A stretch of DNA of 32,020 bases. It comes from Myxococcota bacterium. Lineage in GTDB: Bacteria > Myxococcota > Myxococcia > Myxococcales > Myxococcaceae. Location: NCBI GenBank assembly GCA_049322255.1, contig JBMORE010000032.1:1-32020 (forward strand). The letters run 5' to 3'. Position 1 is the first letter of the stretch, and each line of letters starts with the position of its first letter. Below, in pieces: positions 9,434-17,287 of this stretch. Position numbers and translations under genes: made by a program. The notes beneath the pieces are model-generated. The model ran no database searches, was not told the origin of the DNA, and saw only the letters and a list, made by a program, of their open reading frames with translations.

Positions 9434-9658
9434 ATGGACTTCTCTCGCTACCGCATGGGGCCCGACGCCGAGCCTCGCCAGATCGCAGCGCTCACCGAAG
9501 AGAGGATGTTGAAGATGATGGTTCGCGTGTTGGGTGGGCTGTACTGTGGACTTCCCCGCGATGGAACGCCTGGAAGCGTGATGCAGCCTTCCATCATGGG
9601 GCCTGACGACTTGGATGGCATCGACCTGTCAAATTGGAGGCGACAGTACGCCATCTGA
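9434..9658 (+). CDS. possible 74-aa orphan or gene remnant
   Basis: ORF fills the gap between vapC and dapA; no recognisable motif and no clear SD. Confidence 0.3.
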   Translation: MDFSRYRMGPDAEPRQIAALTEERMLKMMVRVLGGLYCGLPRDGTPGSVMQPSIMGPDDLDGIDLSNWRRQYAI

Positions 9659-9734
9659 GGCGGCATTGATTTCCGACCTCTGGCGCAGAGCGAGCCGCTG
9701 AACTATGGGAAACCGCTCGTCAGGAGGCCTCGCC

Positions 9735-10619
9735 ATGAACAAGCGCTTCGAGGGAACCATCGTCGCCCTGGCTACCCCGTTCAAGAACGGCGCGTTCGAC
9801 GAGGAGGCCTACCGCGGTCTCATCGACTTCGTCCTCTCCAACGGGGTGGAGGGAATCGTTCCCATGGGCACCACCGGCGAGGCGGTGACCATGAGCGCCA
9901 AGGAACGCGACCAAGCCATCGCCGTCGCCATCGACGCCGCAAAGGGCCGCGCTTTCGTCATCGCCGGCACCGGCAACAACAACACGCAGGACTCGGTGGA
10001 GAACACCCAACGCGCGCGCGCGCTGGGCGCCGACGGGGCGATGATTGTCACTCCCTACTACAACAAGCCCACCCAAGCCGGGCTGGTGGAGCACTTCCGG
10101 CTCATCGCCCAAGGCAACCCCGGCTTTCCGCTGGTCGCCTACAACGTGCCGGGGCGCACCGGGGTGGACCTGCTCCCCGAGACCTGCGCGCGGCTGGGAG
10201 AGATTCCCGAGGTGGTGGCGATCAAGGAAGCGACCGCGAGCATGGCGCGGGCGATCGACCTCGTGGAGAAGTGCGGCGACCGCTTCTCGCTGCTCTCCGG
10301 CGACGACTTCACCCTGTTGCCGTTCATCGCTTGTGGCGGCAAGGGCTGCATCTCAGTGTCGGCCAACGTCGCTCCCCGGCAGGTGTCCGACCTGGTGAAG
10401 GCGGCGCGCGCAGGTGAATTGGCCAAGGCGCGCAAGCTGCAAGTCGAGCTGAATCATCTTCACCGGCTGCTCTTCATCGAATCCAACCCTATTCCGGTGA
10501 AGTGGGCGCTTTTCCTGATGAAGAAGCTCGGCCCGGAAATTCGCCCCCCGCTCACGCCAATGAGCGAGGCGAACGCGGCCAAGCTCGAGGCGGAGCTTTC
10601 GCGGCTGGGGCTTTTGTGA
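9735..10619 (+). CDS. dapA: 4-hydroxy-tetrahydrodipicolinate synthase
   Basis: [46 protein letters not shown] upstream. Confidence 0.96.
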   Translation: MNKRFEGTIVALATPFKNGAFDEEAYRGLIDFVLSNGVEGIVPMGTTGEAVTMSAKERDQAIAVAIDAAKGRAFVIAGTGNNNTQDSVENTQRARALGADGAMIVTPYYNKPTQAGLVEHFRLIAQGNPGFPLVAYNVPGRTGVDLLPETCARLGEIPEVVAIKEATASMARAIDLVEKCGDRFSLLSGDDFTLLPFIACGGKGCISVSANVAPRQVSDLVKAARAGELAKARKLQVELNHLHRLLFIESNPIPVKWALFLMKKLGPEIRPPLTPMSEANAAKLEAELSRLGLL

Positions 10620-11434
10620 ACGAGCCGATTCGAGTGGTGGTGACCGGAGTCGCCGGCCGCATGGGCAGCACGCTCGTGCGCATGGTGCGCGACGCCGACG
10701 GCATGAAGCTGGTGGGCGGTACCGAGCGCCCCGGCGCGAGCGCCATCGGCCTCGACGTGGGGTTGGCCGTTCGGTTGGGCGCGCTGGAGGTGCCGGTGGT
10801 GGAAGCGCTGGAGGAGGCGCTGAAGGCGGGCAAGACCGACGTGGTCATCGACTTCACCAACGCCGAGGCCTCGGTGAGCCACGCGAGGATTTGCGCCGAG
10901 CGTGGCGTACCGCTGGTGGTCGGCTCGACTGGGTTTTCTGCGCAGGCCCGGGAGCAGGTGGCATCGTGCGCCCAAAAAGTGCCGGTGGTGATGGCGCCCA
11001 ACATGTCGGTGGGCGTCAATCTCCTCATCAAGGTCGCCGGCGAGTTGGCGAAGGTTTTGGGCGAGGGGTTCGACGTGGAGATTGTCGAGGCCCACCATCG
11101 GATGAAGAAGGACGCTCCCAGCGGCACCGCGCTGCGCCTGGCGGAAGAAATCGCCGAGGCGCTGGGCCGCTCTCCCGAGGGTTTCTGCACGTCGCGCACG
11201 GGCCAGGTGGGCGAGCGGCCGAAAAAAGAAATCGGCATCGCCGCGCTGCGCGGGGGCGACGTGGTGGGCGAGCACACCGTGTTCTTCTTCGGGGAGGGCG
11301 AGCGGGTGGAGCTCACCCACCGCGCGACGAGCCGTGACCAGTTCGCCCAAGGAGCGGTGCGCGCCGCCCGCTGGGTGGTGGGCAAGCCGGCCGGCCTCTA
11401 CGACATGCAGGATGTCCTGGGGCTCAAGGGGTGA
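10616..11434 (+). CDS. dapB: 4-hydroxy-tetrahydrodipicolinate reductase
   Basis: [52 protein letters not shown] overlap with dapA. Confidence 0.96.
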   Translation: MNEPIRVVVTGVAGRMGSTLVRMVRDADGMKLVGGTERPGASAIGLDVGLAVRLGALEVPVVEALEEALKAGKTDVVIDFTNAEASVSHARICAERGVPLVVGSTGFSAQAREQVASCAQKVPVVMAPNMSVGVNLLIKVAGELAKVLGEGFDVEIVEAHHRMKKDAPSGTALRLAEEIAEALGRSPEGFCTSRTGQVGERPKKEIGIAALRGGDVVGEHTVFFFGEGERVELTHRATSRDQFAQGAVRAARWVVGKPAGLYDMQDVLGLKG

Positions 11435-11437
11435 CGC

Positions 11438-12238
11438 GTGCGCTTCGGCCGGGCGCTCATCAACGGTGTACCTCGCTACGTGCGCATCGAGGGCATCCCT
11501 CTCCTCATGGGAGAGGGTAAGGGTGAGGGACTCGAGCTCATCGCCCTCACCGCTCCTCCGTGGGAGCACCCCCGAGAAACCGGTGAGCGCCTGCAGCTCG
11601 CTTCCGCCCAGTGGGCTCCTCCCACCGAGGCCTCGAAAATCGTCGCCGTCGGCCAGAACTACCGCCGGCACGCCGAGGAGATGGGCAAGCCTCTTCCCCA
11701 GGAGCCTCTGTTGTTCCTCAAGCCCTCCACGGCGCTCAATGGCAGCGGGCAACCCATCGTTCTGCCGCCCGAGAGCCACGAGGTCCACCACGAGGCAGAG
11801 CTGGCGCTGGTCATCGGTCGACGCCTCTCGCGGGCGAGCGAAGCGGAGGCTGCGGCGGCCATCTTCGGCCTCACCTGCTTCAACGACGTCACCGCGCGGG
11901 ACATCCAGCGGAGAGAAACGCAGCACACCCGGGCCAAGAGCTACGATACCTTCGCCTGCGTCGGCCCGTGGGTGGACACCGACCTGTCGAGCGCCGACCT
12001 CGCCGTACGCTGCCGGGTGAACGGGGAGCTGCGGCAAGACGGGCGGACGAGCGACATGATTTTTCCGCCGGCGGCGCTGGTGGCGTTCATCTCGCGGGTG
12101 ATGACTCTCTTGCCGGGCGACCTGGTCAGCACCGGTACCCCCTCGGGGGTGGGCCCGATTCGTGCCGGCGACCGGGTGGAGGTGGAGATCGAGGGAATCG
12201 GCACGCTCGCCAACACGGTTGTGAGTCGAGCGACGTGA
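11438..12238 (+). CDS. fumarylacetoacetate hydrolase family protein (carries an in-frame repeat insertion)
   Basis: SKIVAVGQNY..H, PLLFLKP, HHEAEL, NDVTARD, AKSYDTF, LLPGDLVSTGTPSGVG. Confidence 0.93.
   Translation: MRFGRALINGVPRYVRIEGIPLLMGEGKGEGLELIALTAPPWEHPRETGERLQLASAQWAPPTEASKIVAVGQNYRRHAEEMGKPLPQEPLLFLKPSTALNGSGQPIVLPPESHEVHHEAELALVIGRRLSRASEAEAAAAIFGLTCFNDVTARDIQRRETQHTRAKSYDTFACVGPWVDTDLSSADLAVRCRVNGELRQDGRTSDMIFPPAALVAFISRVMTLLPGDLVSTGTPSGVGPIRAGDRVEVEIEGIGTLANTVVSRAT
11497..11529 (+). repeat. BoxC/triplex-type repeat, copy 3, inside the FAH coding sequence
   Basis: CCCTCTCCT-CAT-GGGAGAGGG-TAA-GGGTGAGGG (33 nt), read as PLLMGEGKGEG. Confidence 0.88.
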
Positions 12239-12744
12239 GCGAGATTGTCTACATCGGCCTGGGGTCGAACCTCGGAGACCGCGAGAGGAACCTCGGGTGG
12301 GCGGCGGCGGCGCTCTCCCGCATCGACGCGGCGGCGGTGCTCTCGTGCAGCTCGCTGTACGACTCGGCACCGGTGGGACCTCCGCAGCCGCGCTATTTGA
12401 ACGCGGTGGTCGAGCTGGAGTGCGCGCTCTCGCCCCAACGGCTGCTCACCATTCTCAAGCAAATCGAGACCGACCTGGGGCGAACCCCGGCCGGACGCTG
12501 GGCGCCTCGGACGGTGGACTTGGACATTCTCTTGTGGGAAGGGCGCGTGGTGGCCGACGTGAACCTCCAAATTCCTCACCTGGAGTTGCATAAGCGGCGC
12601 TTCGCATTGGAACCCTTGTGCGAGCTCGCCCCTGCGGCGCATCATCCGCTCCTCGGGGCTTCGGTCGGCGAGCTGCTCGCCGCGCTCGGGCCTCAAGACG
12701 TGGTGCGAATCGACACGGCGTTGCGGCCGATGGACGGTGGATGA
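12235..12744 (+). CDS. folK: 2-amino-4-hydroxy-6-hydroxymethyldihydropteridine pyrophosphokinase
   Basis: YIGLGSNLGDR, YLNAV, RWAPRTVDLDIL, IPH..L..RRFALEPL; GTG 12235 overlaps the FAH stop. Confidence 0.95.
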   Translation: MSEIVYIGLGSNLGDRERNLGWAAAALSRIDAAAVLSCSSLYDSAPVGPPQPRYLNAVVELECALSPQRLLTILKQIETDLGRTPAGRWAPRTVDLDILLWEGRVVADVNLQIPHLELHKRRFALEPLCELAPAAHHPLLGASVGELLAALGPQDVVRIDTALRPMDGG

Positions 12745-14042
12745 ACAGCCAAGGCAAATCGCTCAGCAGGGGCCTGTTGCTTTCTCTCATGCTCATGGCG
12801 AGCTCCGTCCCGCTCGCTCAACAGCTGCCTGCCGGCCACCCTCCGCTCGGCGGCGACTCGCCCAAGCGCGCGCCCATCGACCCCACCCAACTTCCCATCG
12901 GTCAAACGGCGGCAAAAGGAGGTGGCGACACCCCCAGCGCCGAGGAGCTGCTCGCCACGTTCGACGCGACCGCCGACTTGAAGACCAAGGAGAAGACCTT
13001 CGAGGTGGCCCTGTCGGTGGGCAAGCTCTACTACGTGCACGGCCGCTTCGCCGACGCCGCCGAGTACCTGGGCCAGGCGGTGGCCAAAGCGGACCCCACC
13101 CGAACCTTCTATTTGCAGATGCGCCAGAAGGCGGCGACTGCGAAGAAGCCGGTGCCGCCGGCGGGAGCGGTGGGCTGCATGCCCTCGCAGGAGATGACCT
13201 TCGACAAGCTCAGCCAGGTGGGCCGAGCCAAGGCCAAGGCGGGTGACGCGGCGGCGGCGGCCAGCTGCGCGCGCGCGGCGCTGCACGGGCTGGCGGAGGT
13301 CGAGGCGTTGCTCGCCAACGCGCGCTTCCTCAACGGGGACTCACGCGGGGCGCTGGAGGTGCACGAGCGCCAGCTCGAGGTGTTCGAGAACAACCCCGAG
13401 GCGCGGTACGGCCGCGCGGTGCTCTTGCTCGACACCCGGGCCGACGACGTCAACGCGCTGACCACCGCGCGCAGCGACCTGCAGCGTTTCCTCTCCGACT
13501 ACCCGACCCACCCGCGCGCGGCGCAGGCCAAGAAGCTTTTCGAATGGGTTGACGCCGGCATCGCCGCGGGAGGGGTGAAGAAGCTCGTCGCCCAACGGGC
13601 GAAGAACTTGGCGCAGGCCTCGCCGACGCCGGCGAGTGGAAACCCTCCGCCACTCACCCAGGAGATGATCGACGCGGTGCAGAACATCGAGCGCACCCCT
13701 GAAGTGGAGGCTGGCTTCCAGAAGCTGGTCGACGAAGCCGAGGAGCATTTGGCGAAGGGCCACTTTCAGGAGGCGCTCGACAACTACAAGAGGGTAGTGC
13801 CCTTTCAGCCGCAGAATGGCCGCGCGCAGGCAGGGATGGCGTGGTCGCTCGTAGGGCTCGACCGCCAACCCATGGCCGAGCGGGTGTGGATGGTGGCGGT
13901 GAGCAACGACCCAGCGGCGGTGGACAAGCTGGGCGACACCCTCAAGGCCAAGGGCGATACCTCGGGCGCGAAGAAGTTGTGGCAGAAGCTGTCGCAAAGC
14001 TCTCCCGACTACGCCGGCCGGCTCGCCGGCAAGTTGCAATAA
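12741..14042 (+). CDS. exported tetratricopeptide-repeat protein
   Basis: Signal-like N-terminus, LPAGHPPL, TPR-like helices (GRFADAAEYLGQA, GHFQEALDNYKRV..FQPQN.RAQAG); ATGA overlap with folK. Confidence 0.75.
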   Translation: MNSQGKSLSRGLLLSLMLMASSVPLAQQLPAGHPPLGGDSPKRAPIDPTQLPIGQTAAKGGGDTPSAEELLATFDATADLKTKEKTFEVALSVGKLYYVHGRFADAAEYLGQAVAKADPTRTFYLQMRQKAATAKKPVPPAGAVGCMPSQEMTFDKLSQVGRAKAKAGDAAAAASCARAALHGLAEVEALLANARFLNGDSRGALEVHERQLEVFENNPEARYGRAVLLLDTRADDVNALTTARSDLQRFLSDYPTHPRAAQAKKLFEWVDAGIAAGGVKKLVAQRAKNLAQASPTPASGNPPPLTQEMIDAVQNIERTPEVEAGFQKLVDEAEEHLAKGHFQEALDNYKRVVPFQPQNGRAQAGMAWSLVGLDRQPMAERVWMVAVSNDPAAVDKLGDTLKAKGDTSGAKKLWQKLSQSSPDYAGRLAGKLQ

Positions 14043-14045
14043 ACT

Positions 14046-14078
14046 CCATCTCCCTCTGGGAGAGGGTGGGGGTGAGGG
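14046..14078 (+). repeat. BoxC/triplex-type repeat, copy 4
   Basis: CCATCTCCC-TCT-GGGAGAGGG-TGG-GGGTGAGGG, ending 1 nt before ATG 14080. Confidence 0.85.
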
Positions 14079-14079
14079 C

Positions 14080-14502
14080 ATGAACAAAACGGATGTTTCG
14101 TTCATCCTCCTCATTTTCCTTCTCGCCGCCTGCGGCGCGCCGACGCTCCCGCCCAGCCCCCAGGGAGACCTTCGCCTCTCGGTCGATGGCGGCGAGCCGC
14201 TCACCCAGCTGGACATCGATTTCGGCCAGCTTCCGGTTGGGCAGTCACGCGAGCTGACGGTGGTTGCCTCCAACTTGGGAAGGGATCCGCTCCTCATCAC
14301 CCACACTCAGCTCGAGGGGGCGCAGAGTGGAGTCTTCTTCTTACGCGGCGTCCCCGTGGCGCTGGCGCCGGGAGTGAGCTCGAGCTTCGTCATCTCCTTC
14401 ACCCCCTCGGCGGCCATGCCATTCGAGGCGCGACTGTCGCTTTTGCACGATGGATTCACCCGGGTTGCCACCGCGCATCTTCAGGGAAAGGGCACTCCAT
14501 GA
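14080..14502 (+). CDS. lipoprotein with a single Ig-like (ASH/choice-of-anchor-D-like) domain
   Basis: Lipobox LAAC; IDFGQLPVGQS..LTV..SNLG..PL.I, LAPG.S.SF.ISFTP. Confidence 0.7.
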   Translation: MNKTDVSFILLIFLLAACGAPTLPPSPQGDLRLSVDGGEPLTQLDIDFGQLPVGQSRELTVVASNLGRDPLLITHTQLEGAQSGVFFLRGVPVALAPGVSSSFVISFTPSAAMPFEARLSLLHDGFTRVATAHLQGKGTP

Positions 14503-14506
14503 ATCC

Positions 14507-14540
14507 CCCCTCTCCCCTTGGGAGAGGGATGGGGTGAGGG
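14507..14540 (+). repeat. BoxC/triplex-type repeat, copy 5 (between convergent genes)
   Basis: CCCCTCTCCC-CTT-GGGAGAGGG-ATG-GGGTGAGGG. Confidence 0.9.
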
Positions 14541-14543
14541 GCG

Positions 14544-15575
14544 TTAGAATGCGCGGGCGGCGAGCAGGTCTTGCACGTCGAGCAGGCCCACCGGGCGGCC
14601 CTCGGCATCGACCACCGGAAGCTGGTCGACCTTTTTTTCGCGCATGAGGGAGGTGGCGGTGAGCACCAGCTCCTCGGGGCCGACCACCGAGGGGCGGCGG
14701 CCCATCACCTCGCGCACCGGCACGTCGAAGTCGGTGCGGCCCTTCTCCACCAGCCGGCGCAGGTCGCCGTCGGTGAAGATGCCCACCAGCTTGCCCGAGC
14801 GGTCGACGATGTTCGCCGCCCCCGGGCGGCCGGGAGTGTTGGTCATTGCCACCACCACTTCGGAAAGCGGAGCCGACTCCTTCACCACCGGGTTCTCCTC
14901 GCCGGCGCGCATCACCTCGAAGACGCGCATCACGCTTTTGCCGAGCTTTCCGCCCGGGTGGAAGAGGGCGTACTCCGAGGTGCTGAACTGGCGCAGCTTG
15001 ACCAGGGTCATCGCCAAGGCGTCGCTCACCGCGTGCAGCGCCGCCGAAGACGCGGTGGGCACCAGACCCATTGGGCAGGCTTCGTCGATGCGGCCGATGT
15101 CCACCACCACGTCGGCACCCCGGGCCAGCGCCGAGCGTGCGTCACCCGTGAGCGCGACCAGCTTGGCTCCCAGGCGCCGTAAGGGGGGGAGCAGGCGCAC
15201 CAGCTCTTCGGTGGCACCGCTGTTGGAGAGGGCGAGCACCACGTCGCCCCGCTGCACGCGGCCCAAGTCGCCGTGTCCCGCCTCGGCCGGGTGCAGATAG
15301 AGCGAGGGTGTACCGGTGGAGGCGAGGGTCGCGGAGAGCTTCTGGGCGATGAAGCCGGGCTTGCCGATGCCGGTGACCACCACGTGGCCAGAGCAGGCGA
15401 GCATCAGCTCGAGCGCGTCGACGAAGCCTTGGCTAAGCCGCGAGCGGACCGAGCGGATGGCGGAGGCCTCGGCCTCGAGGACGGTGCGGCCGAACTCGAG
15501 CGCGTCGGTGGCCGACTTGCCCTTCAGGCGGGGGGGGGAACGTGGCGACTTGACCACGCGCAGGGAGCGAGGCAT
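14544..15575 (-). CDS. kdsD: KpsF/GutQ family arabinose-5-phosphate isomerase (SIS + CBS pair)
   Basis: VTGIGK.G.IA.K, STGTPS..LHPAEA.HGDLG, EACP.GLVPT.S, FHPGG.LG, GIFTDGDLRR. Confidence 0.9.
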   Translation of the reverse strand: MPRSLRVVKSPRSPPRLKGKSATDALEFGRTVLEAEASAIRSVRSRLSQGFVDALELMLACSGHVVVTGIGKPGFIAQKLSATLASTGTPSLYLHPAEAGHGDLGRVQRGDVVLALSNSGATEELVRLLPPLRRLGAKLVALTGDARSALARGADVVVDIGRIDEACPMGLVPTASSAALHAVSDALAMTLVKLRQFSTSEYALFHPGGKLGKSVMRVFEVMRAGEENPVVKESAPLSEVVVAMTNTPGRPGAANIVDRSGKLVGIFTDGDLRRLVEKGRTDFDVPVREVMGRRPSVVGPEELVLTATSLMREKKVDQLPVVDAEGRPVGLLDVQDLLAARAF

Positions 15576-15620
15576 CGAGGGCTTTGACTTTTACCCTTAA
15601 TTCCTCTTGAAAGGTGAGCC

Positions 15621-16274
15621 ATGAAGTTCTTCATCGACAGCGCCGACGTGAAGGAAATCCGCGCCGCCCACGAGATGGGGTGCCTGGACGGGGTGACCAC
15701 CAACCCGTCGTTGCTCGCCAAGGTTGGCCGCCCGCTCGAGGAGACCATCAAAGAAATCTGCTCCATCGTCGAGGGGCCGGTGAGCGCCGAGTGCGTCACT
15801 CTGTCGGCCAAGGAGATGCTCGAAGAAGGCAGGCGGCTGGCGAAGCTCGCTCCCAACGTGGTGGTGAAGATTCCCATGGGGGTGGAGGGGGTCAAGGCGG
15901 TGAAGGCACTGACCGCCGAGGGCATCAAGACCAACGTCACCTTGGTCTTCTCGCCCAACCAGGCGCTGCTCGCGGCCAAGGCCGGCGCGACCTTCGTCTC
16001 ACCCTTCGTCGGCCGGCTCGACGACATTTCCGAGGACGGGATGGAGATGGTGCGGCAGGTGCTGGAAATCTACCGCCACTACGCCTTCAAGACCCAGGTG
16101 CTGGTGGCCAGCGTGCGAAACCCCTTGCACGTGCTCTCCGCCGCGCGCATGGGGGCCGACGTGGCCACCATTCCCCTCTCCGTGCTCCAGCAGCTCGCCC
16201 AGCACCCGCTCACCGAGGCCGGCATCAAGAAGTTCCTCGCCGACTGGGAGAAGGTGCCCAAGCCCAAGGGTTGA
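15621..16274 (+). CDS. tal: transaldolase / fructose-6-phosphate aldolase (short TalC/Fsa type)
   Basis: [56 protein letters not shown]. Confidence 0.9.
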   Translation: MKFFIDSADVKEIRAAHEMGCLDGVTTNPSLLAKVGRPLEETIKEICSIVEGPVSAECVTLSAKEMLEEGRRLAKLAPNVVVKIPMGVEGVKAVKALTAEGIKTNVTLVFSPNQALLAAKAGATFVSPFVGRLDDISEDGMEMVRQVLEIYRHYAFKTQVLVASVRNPLHVLSAARMGADVATIPLSVLQQLAQHPLTEAGIKKFLADWEKVPKPKG

Positions 16275-16309
16275 CGCTGGCGAGCCCGCTGCACTACGTT
16301 GTGGTGCAA

Positions 16310-16594
16310 ATGAAGAACGAAGTGTACTCGTGGAGGGTTTCGACTGGGCTGAAGAAGGAGCTCGAGGACGAGGCGCGCCGCGAAGGGCTTTCTCTGGCGG
16401 AGCTTCTCGAGAGGTTGGCCAGAGAGGGTCTCGAGGCGGCGCGCGGTGAAAGAGTTGGAGAAGTGGACGAGCAGCAGAGGCTGCAGAGGTCGGCTCTGCG
16501 GGCATTCGGCCTGTTGGCCGGTGGGGACCCCAGAAGAGCCGAGAGGGCCAAGGAGACTTTGCGGAAGAAGCTGAAGGCCAAGCGTGCCGGGTAG
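16310..16594 (+). CDS. putative ribbon-helix-helix/CopG-like antitoxin
   Basis: ATG 16310: MKNEVYSWRVSTGLKKELEDEARREGLSLAELLERL; 3' end overlaps the GTG (16584) of the PIN toxin. Confidence 0.75.
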   Translation: MKNEVYSWRVSTGLKKELEDEARREGLSLAELLERLAREGLEAARGERVGEVDEQQRLQRSALRAFGLLAGGDPRRAERAKETLRKKLKAKRAG

Positions 16595-16851
16595 TGCTCT
16601 GCTCGATACCGGGGCGTTGCTGGCNNNNNNNNNNNNNNNNNNNNNNNNNNNNNNNNNNNNNNNNNNNNNNNNNNNNNNNNNNNNNNNNNNNNNNNNNNNN
16701 NNNNNNNNNNNNNNNNNNNNNNNNGCGGGCATTCGGCCTGTTGGCCGGTGGGGACCCCAGAAGAGCCGAGAGGGCCAAGGAGACTTTGCGGAAGAAGCTG
16801 AAGGCCAAGCGTGCCGGGTAGTGCTCTGCTCGATACCGGGGCGTTGCTGGC
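16498..16851. other. scaffold gap (100 N, 16625-16724) flanked by an exact 127-bp duplication; likely assembly artefact
   Basis: 16498-16624 is identical to 16725-16851. Confidence 0.9.
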
Positions 16852-17242
16852 GCTTCTGGACCGGGATGATCGCTGGCATCAGCCGTGCGTGGCGGCGTTC
16901 GAGACGCTCCGGCTTCCGGTCATCACGACCATCGCCGTGCTCACCGAGTTGTTCCATCTATTGGGCGACGGGGCTCGCGAGCACTCGGCCGCCTGGCAGC
17001 TTTTGCGCTCGGGCGCGGTGAGGGTTGCGCCCATCTCCGACGAGGACCTGCCCGCGCTGGAAACGTTAATGATGCGCTACCGCGACCGGCCGATGGATTT
17101 GGCCGATGCCACTTTGGTGCACCTTGCCCAGCGGGAGTCGCTGTCGACCATCCTCACCGTCGACAACGACGACTTCGAGAGCTACCGCATCGGCGCGAAG
17201 CGACGCTTCCGCGTGCTGCCGGGCCGAATCGGCCGCTCGTAG
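16811..17242 (+). CDS. vapC: PIN-domain (VapC) toxin
   Basis: ALLDTGALLALLD.DD.WH, VLTE.FHLL, Y.D.PMDLADATLV, ILTVD..DF..YR. Confidence 0.9.
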   Translation: MPGSALLDTGALLALLDRDDRWHQPCVAAFETLRLPVITTIAVLTELFHLLGDGAREHSAAWQLLRSGAVRVAPISDEDLPALETLMMRYRDRPMDLADATLVHLAQRESLSTILTVDNDDFESYRIGAKRRFRVLPGRIGRS

Positions 17243-17287
17243 AGAGGGTGCGGCGGTTCGCGTTTCGTAAGGCCGGCCCGTTGGTCT

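Noticed and set aside
11611..12744. Extended FolK (377 aa) and similar N-terminal extensions of Ku, MutM, LysA, DapB and YihY
   Set aside because: The extensions overlap neighbouring genes; family-typical N-termini and coupled starts lie downstream.
16498..16851. Apparent tandem duplication of the antitoxin end and toxin start
   Set aside because: An exact 127-bp repeat on both sides of a 100-N gap matches a common assembler k-mer size. Collapsing it yields one intact TA pair, so it is most likely a scaffolding artefact.
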